From positions 7,460-71,459 of the forward strand of contig JAZQJV010000009.1 of the NCBI GenBank assembly GCA_045541795.1: DNA of 64,000 nucleotides. The letters are read 5' to 3'. The notes below the pieces were generated by a model. The model was not told where the DNA came from and ran no database searches. It saw only the letters and a program-made list of their open reading frames with translations. Source of the DNA: Patescibacteria group bacterium. Lineage in GTDB: Bacteria > Patescibacteriota > Microgenomatia > UBA1400 > PJMF01. This document shows, in pieces, positions 58,495 to 64,000 of this stretch (position 1 is the first letter of the stretch; every line of letters starts with the position of its first letter). Both the position numbers and the translations under genes were made by a program.

Positions 58495-59841
58495 ATGCTC
58501 AAAAGAAAAATAGATGTCTTTTTACATAACTGGAAGAATGACCCCACACACAAACCATTGATCGTGCGCGGGGCGCGCCAGATCGGCAAGACTTATTCCA
58601 TCCGGAGTTTTGGTCGCGGGCATTACTATAATATGGTGGAGATAAATTTTGCCCTCCAGCCGCAATTTTTAGATATTTTCCGTGATGGATACGAGCCTGG
58701 AGCGGTGATCCGCAATATCTCGATCAAGGATCCGGATCTGCAATTTCGCCCGAGCGAGACACTGATTTTTTTTGACGAGCTACAGGCGTTGCCAAATGCT
58801 GCCACATCGCTGAAATTTTTTGCTCAAGATGGCCGTTTTGACGTGATTTGTTCGGGATCTTTGATGGGCTTAGCGTATCAAGAAATTGAGTCCAATAGCG
58901 TCGGCTACAAGCAAGATTACATCATGCACAGTCTGGATTTTGAAGAGTTTTTGTGGGCTTTGGGCTTTAGACCGGCACAAATAGATGATTTGTATGACTG
59001 CATGATCCAGCTCCAACCGCTTTCCCAGATCCAGATGGAGACGATGACTGGACACTTCCAAAACTACATGATTTTGGGCGGGATGCCGGAGATTGTACAA
59101 CAGTTTGTCACCAGGGGTGAGTTTAGCGGCAGCCTAGAAATGCAACGCCAGCTTTGGCGCGACTACGAGGAAGACATTACCAAGTATGCGCGCGGCTTGG
59201 ATCAGGCAAAAGTGCTTAATGTCTGGCGCAAAATTCCCGTTTTTTTGGGTGAGGAAAATAAAAAATTTCACATCTCGAAAATCACACCGCATGCGCGTAC
59301 GCGCGACTACGTAGGCGTGGTGGAATGGCTGCAAAATGCTGGACTGATCAATGTTTGTCACTGTTTGCAGCAAGTGGATTTGCCGCTTCACGGCAACTAT
59401 CAGCCGGATAATTATAAGCTGTATCTGGGGGATACGGGGCTTTTGATCGGCCAGTTGGACGATGAAGTACAGCAAGATTTGCGTTACAATCGCAATTTTA
59501 ACGCTTACAAAGGGGCTTTGTATGAAAACATGGTGGCGGAAATGCTCACCAAGCAAGGCTACGAGCTATACTTTTACCGCAATGAAAAAAGCACGATCGA
59601 AATGGACTTTTTTGTACGTGACCGCTATCACCTGATACCGGTGGAGGTAAAAGCTCAAGATGGGAGCACGATCTCGCTTAAGAACCTAGTGACGAAGGGA
59701 AAATACCCGGCGATCAGTTTTGGCATCAAGTTGTGCGCAAAAAATATCGGCGTAAGCGGGCAAATCATCACCCTGCCCTACTTTTTGGCTTTCCTTTTGC
59801 GGCGGTTTTTGCTGGAGCGCAGCCAGCGAGAGCTTGCTTAG
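58495..59841 (+). CDS. AAA_14/DUF4143 ATPase with C-terminal PD-(D/E)XK-like domain
   Basis: GARQIGKT, FFDELQ, CSGS, GGMPE, YLGDTGL, GALYEN, EMDF..IPVEVK. Confidence 0.9.
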   Translation: MLKRKIDVFLHNWKNDPTHKPLIVRGARQIGKTYSIRSFGRGHYYNMVEINFALQPQFLDIFRDGYEPGAVIRNISIKDPDLQFRPSETLIFFDELQALPNAATSLKFFAQDGRFDVICSGSLMGLAYQEIESNSVGYKQDYIMHSLDFEEFLWALGFRPAQIDDLYDCMIQLQPLSQIQMETMTGHFQNYMILGGMPEIVQQFVTRGEFSGSLEMQRQLWRDYEEDITKYARGLDQAKVLNVWRKIPVFLGEENKKFHISKITPHARTRDYVGVVEWLQNAGLINVCHCLQQVDLPLHGNYQPDNYKLYLGDTGLLIGQLDDEVQQDLRYNRNFNAYKGALYENMVAEMLTKQGYELYFYRNEKSTIEMDFFVRDRYHLIPVEVKAQDGSTISLKNLVTKGKYPAISFGIKLCAKNIGVSGQIITLPYFLAFLLRRFLLERSQRELA

Positions 59842-59898
59842 TGGTAATTATGGGGCGGGAGGTTGGTGGTTACATAGAGGTTCTTTGAGGTAAATGTT

Positions 59899-59975
59899 GG
59901 AATTTGGTGAGGAAATATATCGTAAAAATGTGGAATTTGGTGGAGAAATGTATCGTAAATGTAGGGAATTTGGTG
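59899..59975. repeat. 33-bp tandem array right of AAA gene
   Basis: ggaatttggtg at 59899, 59932, 59965; same orientation as left array. Confidence 0.9.
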
Positions 59976-60012
59976 TGGGTGGGGGGATTGGCATCGCCAG
60001 CAGCGCACTTTT

Positions 60013-62997
60013 TTACTTTTTGCTGGTTTTGCTCGCGTCACGAGCAAATTCGGCCGCCAGGAATTTCCCCGTCCAGGAGGAAGGATGACGGGCAATTTCT
60101 GCCGGTGTGCCGGTGGCCACGATCTGGCCGCCCTTCTCCCCTCCTTCAGGCCCGAGATCGATGACGTAGTCGCAATTTTTGATGATGTCGAGATTGTGCT
60201 CGATGACGATGACGGTATTATTGCCAGCCACCAGAGAGCTCAAGATGGAAAGCAGCCGCTGGACGTCTTCAAAATGCAAGCCGGTGGTGGGTTCGTCGAG
60301 TAAATAAATGACGTGTTCGGTGCGATTGCTGGAAAGTTCCTTGGCTAGCTTGACGCGTTGTGCCTCACCGCCAGAAAGAGTGGTAGCGGACTGACCCAAA
60401 GTCATGTAGCCCAAACCCACCAGCTGGAGGGTGTGGAGTTTTTCACGAAGGCCCAGGTGACCAGTGAAAAATTCGTAGGCTTCGTCAATGGTCATGTCTA
60501 GCACCTCGGCGATATTTTTGCCGCGGTAGGTTACTTGAAGGGTTTCTTCGGAGTAACGCCGGCCATGGCAGACATCACAAGGGACGTAGACATCAGGCAA
60601 AAATTGCATTTCCACTTTTGTCTGGCCATCTCCCTGGCAAGCTTCGCAGCGCCCGCCCTTGATATTGAAGGAAAAACGGGAGGCGTCATAGCCGCGGACT
60701 TTGGCTTCGTTGGTCTCGGCGAAAACTTTGCGGATATAGTCAAAAATCTTGGTATAAGTGGCCGGATTGGAGCGAGGCGTTTTGCCAATGGGAGACTGAT
60801 CTACCAGGCATAAGCGTTTGACACCCGCGGGGACGTCGAGCGCTTTGATGGGCGCGGCGATGTCGTCTATTTTGTAGCCTAAGTACATGCCGAGGTTGGC
60901 GTAGAGCGTCTCGTACAGGAGCGTGGATTTGCCGGAGCCAGAAAGGCCGGTGAGGGCGATGAGTTTGCCCAGCGGGAACTCCACCGTGAGGTTTTTGAGA
61001 TTATTGCCGGTGGCGCCGCGGATAATGATTTTTTGGCCTTGGAGATTTTTTTTGGCGGTGGCCATGAGCTGACTTTCCTTGGTGATGGGGGCGTTGATGC
61101 GTTTGACGCGCTTGGCGCCCGAGAGGTATTTGCCCGTGAGGCTATGGGGATCAGCGATGAGCTCATCCACACTGCCGCTGGCTACGATCTGGCCGCCGTT
61201 TTTGCCGGCTTTAGGGCCAAAGTCATACACGACGTCGGCCGCTTCCATCACGCCGCGGTCATGCTCTACCACGATGACGGTATTGCCTTTGTCACGCAAC
61301 ATTTTGAGCGTATCTATAAGACGTTTGTTATCGCGTTCATGAAGACCGATAGTAGGCTCATCGAGGATGTAAAGCACGCCGGTAAGGCCAGTACCGATTT
61401 GCGACGCCAGGCGGATGCGCTGCGCCTCGCCGCCGGCTAAAGTATTTGCCTGGCGGGACAAAGTGAGATAATCCAGGCCCACGCTCAAGAGGAATTGGAG
61501 CCTGGTAATGACTTCCTTGATAATAGGCTCAGCGATGAGCTTTTCTTTGGGTTGGATGAGGTTTTTGTCTAAAAGTCCTTGGAAAAAGGCGATCGCCTTT
61601 TCGATGGTGAGCCGGCACACTTCGGCAATGTTAAGGCCGTCCACTGTCACACTGAGTGCCTCGGGCCGTAAGCGGTCACCATGGCAATCAGGGCAGATTT
61701 CTGTCTTCATGAAATGACCAATTTCCCGGCGTACCCAGTCACTTTCGGTATTGTTATAACGTTCTTCGAGTTCATTGACAAAACCGGTAAACTTTTCCCG
61801 GATTTTGGTAGCTTCACCAAAACGGTTTTCGCCGGCGACGGTATAAGTTTTGGTGCTGCCGTACAGGAGGATTTCGTGGGCTTTGTCACTCATTTCGTTC
61901 CATGGGGTCTTGCGAAAGTCGTAGCCTAAGTCCTCCACTACCACCTGTACCAGGCGTGACCACCAAGTGTTGCTAGCGATGGTACGCTCATACGGGATGA
62001 CGGCACCTTCAGAAAGAGTGAGACCTGGAGCAATGATCTTTTTGACGTCAATTTTGAGCAGACTCCCCAAACCCGAGCAAGTAGGACAGGCGCCAGCAGG
62101 AGCATTAAAAGAAAAAAGCAGCGGAAACGGCGGTTCCACACTGAGTCCACAAAAACTGCAGGCCAAGTGCTCACTAAAAAGGACGTCTTCCATGACTTTG
62201 GGTTTCTCGGGGAAATCCAGGCTGGCATCGCCTACAAAAGAGACGATGAGAAAACCTTCGGCTTGTTTGAGAGCTTCCTCGACAGCAGCGGTAAGGCGAG
62301 TTTTGAAGTTTTTGAATTTTTCGCTGTCGCGAAATTGCCCCTTGGTAAGCGAGAGACGATCGACCACGAGGGCGATCGTGTGGCGATTGTTTTTGAGTAA
62401 GTCAATGCGTTCGTTGAGGTCGTAAACTTGGCCGTCAATGCGGACCCGCTGGAAGCCGCGCTTGCGTAGTGACTGTAAAAGACTGGTAAATTCGCCTTTT
62501 TTGTCTCGCACTACTGGTGAAAGGATCATCAGGCGCAGATTAGCGCCCGTAAGGCGACTCTGGATTTCGCGCGAAATATGCCCCACGATCTGATCGACGG
62601 ACTGGGTGGAAATTTCGCGACCGCAGTTGGGACAGTGCAGATGGCCGACTTTGGCGTATAAAAGACGCAAGTAATCGTAAATTTCGGTGATGGTGCCTAC
62701 GGTGGAGCGGGGATTATGTGAGGTGGTTTTTTGATCAATGGCGATCGCTGGCGAGAGACCATCAATGCTTTCTACATCGGGTTTTTTCATGATACCGAGG
62801 AACTGACGAGCGTAGGAAGACAGGCTTTCTACATAGCGGCGCTGGCCCTCACTATAAAGGGTATCGAAGGCGAGGGAACTTTTGCCGGAGCCGGAAAGGC
62901 CAGTAAAAACCACCAGTTTATTTTTGGGGATGGAAACGGATACATCGCGCAAATTGTGTTCACGTGCCCCAGTAACAACGATATTTTGACTACTCAT
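60013..62997 (-). CDS. uvrA: Excinuclease ABC subunit A
   Basis: GAREHNL, GLSGSGKS twice, zinc fingers, GGEAQR twice, DEPT; leaderless start MSSQ. Confidence 0.97.
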   Translation of the reverse strand: MSSQNIVVTGAREHNLRDVSVSIPKNKLVVFTGLSGSGKSSLAFDTLYSEGQRRYVESLSSYARQFLGIMKKPDVESIDGLSPAIAIDQKTTSHNPRSTVGTITEIYDYLRLLYAKVGHLHCPNCGREISTQSVDQIVGHISREIQSRLTGANLRLMILSPVVRDKKGEFTSLLQSLRKRGFQRVRIDGQVYDLNERIDLLKNNRHTIALVVDRLSLTKGQFRDSEKFKNFKTRLTAAVEEALKQAEGFLIVSFVGDASLDFPEKPKVMEDVLFSEHLACSFCGLSVEPPFPLLFSFNAPAGACPTCSGLGSLLKIDVKKIIAPGLTLSEGAVIPYERTIASNTWWSRLVQVVVEDLGYDFRKTPWNEMSDKAHEILLYGSTKTYTVAGENRFGEATKIREKFTGFVNELEERYNNTESDWVRREIGHFMKTEICPDCHGDRLRPEALSVTVDGLNIAEVCRLTIEKAIAFFQGLLDKNLIQPKEKLIAEPIIKEVITRLQFLLSVGLDYLTLSRQANTLAGGEAQRIRLASQIGTGLTGVLYILDEPTIGLHERDNKRLIDTLKMLRDKGNTVIVVEHDRGVMEAADVVYDFGPKAGKNGGQIVASGSVDELIADPHSLTGKYLSGAKRVKRINAPITKESQLMATAKKNLQGQKIIIRGATGNNLKNLTVEFPLGKLIALTGLSGSGKSTLLYETLYANLGMYLGYKIDDIAAPIKALDVPAGVKRLCLVDQSPIGKTPRSNPATYTKIFDYIRKVFAETNEAKVRGYDASRFSFNIKGGRCEACQGDGQTKVEMQFLPDVYVPCDVCHGRRYSEETLQVTYRGKNIAEVLDMTIDEAYEFFTGHLGLREKLHTLQLVGLGYMTLGQSATTLSGGEAQRVKLAKELSSNRTEHVIYLLDEPTTGLHFEDVQRLLSILSSLVAGNNTVIVIEHNLDIIKNCDYVIDLGPEGGEKGGQIVATGTPAEIARHPSSWTGKFLAAEFARDASKTSKK

Positions 62998-63047
62998 AAG
63001 GAGGGATATTATAGCATAAAAGCCGGTTTTCGTCAAGGACTGCCAGA

Positions 63048-64000
63048 TCAGCTCATGAATGGCAAGATCACGGCGTCAGTGCCGTCAGTCTCTGGCAGCG
63101 GTGGTACAGGAATGAAAGTGGACTGATCACTGGTGGCGGGAGCAGGAGCCGGCGCGACCTCGGGAGCAGGCGTGGCGACCGCCACTGGCGCAGATGCTTG
63201 AGCGGCTTTTTGCTCATGCAGCCAGCTGGAGAAGGAGTTGATGCCAACCAAAGCGGTCTGGAGGGCACGGCCCAAGCCAGGAAAGTCTAGCGGCTGGCCC
63301 GTAATCAAGCGAGAATTAGGTGCCAAGCGGGAATGAGTAAAGCCGAGTTTGGCCAGGCTGGAAACTGGTGCCGGGGTGGGCTCGGGGATGACTGGTGGCT
63401 CAGGTGTGACAGGAGTGACGCTCATCGGTGGGATGTCGGCTACGCTGGCAGACTGAGCGGGGAGATTTTCCATGGGTGCGGAAGCAGGAGTAGCAGGCTC
63501 ACTCACGGCCTCATATTGCCCGGCCGGCACGCTCATTTCTGGCGCGGCAGCAGGAGTAGGCACATATTGTTCCTGATAAGTCGGCTGAGCATAAGTGAGT
63601 GCGGCTTGCTGGGCGGCGACAGGAGCCGCACTGACAGCTTGCAGCAATTGGTCGGCGTCGCCGCCCAGCAAGCGACGTGCTTGCCAGTTTTCTTGTTTGA
63701 GGCCGGCATTGCTGATGCGCAGTTCTTCATTTTCTGTCTCCAGACGTGAGGCGTAAGCCTGCAGTTCACTTACCTGAGTGGCGATTTTTTCGAGTTTGGC
63801 GTGACTCTCGTCAAGTTCATTGGTGAGTCTGGTAGTCATGGCTTGCAGTTGAGCGTCCACGCGCGCCTGGAGCGCGCCAAAGGAGTCATCAGTGGCCGCC
63901 ATACTGTCCAGCCGATCCGTGAGAGAGGCAAGCTGAGATTTGTTGGATCCTACCTGCGCCGTGAGCTTGGCAAGGGCAGACGTTTGCACTTGATCAATGC
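63048..64000 (-). CDS. Coiled-coil plus Pro/Ala-rich hypothetical protein (5' end outside window)
   Basis: Frame open to the window edge; heptad-rich region then low-complexity tail. Confidence 0.65.
   Translation of the reverse strand, partial: IDQVQTSALAKLTAQVGSNKSQLASLTDRLDSMAATDDSFGALQARVDAQLQAMTTRLTNELDESHAKLEKIATQVSELQAYASRLETENEELRISNAGLKQENWQARRLLGGDADQLLQAVSAAPVAAQQAALTYAQPTYQEQYVPTPAAAPEMSVPAGQYEAVSEPATPASAPMENLPAQSASVADIPPMSVTPVTPEPPVIPEPTPAPVSSLAKLGFTHSRLAPNSRLITGQPLDFPGLGRALQTALVGINSFSSWLHEQKAAQASAPVAVATPAPEVAPAPAPATSDQSTFIPVPPLPETDGTDAVILPFMS

Noticed and set aside
58375-59975. CRISPR mini-arrays around the AAA gene
   Set aside because: Units are near-identical 33-mers with no unique spacers
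1-64000. Prophage, IS or integron
   Set aside because: No integrase, transposase or structural phage genes recognised; accessory genes are dispersed singly among housekeeping genes
1-64000. Alternative genetic code (UGA=Gly as in Gracilibacteria/Absconditabacteria)
   Set aside because: Conserved genes are full length under code 11 and several end in TGA

Overview
Chromosomal segment of a small-genome bacterium, most likely Patescibacteria/CPR (Microgenomates-like). This is inferred from the CPR-type pilins, short ProRS, CPR-typical GT2/GT-C membrane proteins and pervasive leaderless TGnTATAAT starts. Housekeeping genes (uvrD/pcrA, proS, secA, galU, gltX, comM, epmA-like, typA, rpsU, rpoD, secG, rny, uvrA, tRNA-Arg(GCG), probable 6S RNA) are interspersed with single-gene accessory cassettes. 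The main observation is four dispersed, non-homologous genes (4611-5630, 24304-25500, 43105-43611, 50602-51840) that share one expression architecture. Each has a near-identical ~39-bp sigma70 promoter, a 190-270 nt leader with an rRNA-type boxA-like motif, and a leader arm complementary to an arm just before the terminator, so the ORF is enclosed in a long-range stem. Each also has a canonical (A)AGGAGG Shine-Dalgarno, which native genes here essentially do not use. One product carries a Synergistota-type SYNERG-CTERM sorting tail, suggesting processed mRNAs meant for translation in a host cell (hypothesis). Also found: an orphan PemK/MazF gene bracketed by convergent small-RNA promoters, an rpsU gene with an extended SD, a shared operator at comM/LTD/ORF6N, an 18-bp palindrome repeated at least 8 times (4 inside genes), and several helically phased repeat families, some bracketing single accessory genes. 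All family calls come from motif recognition, not database searches.
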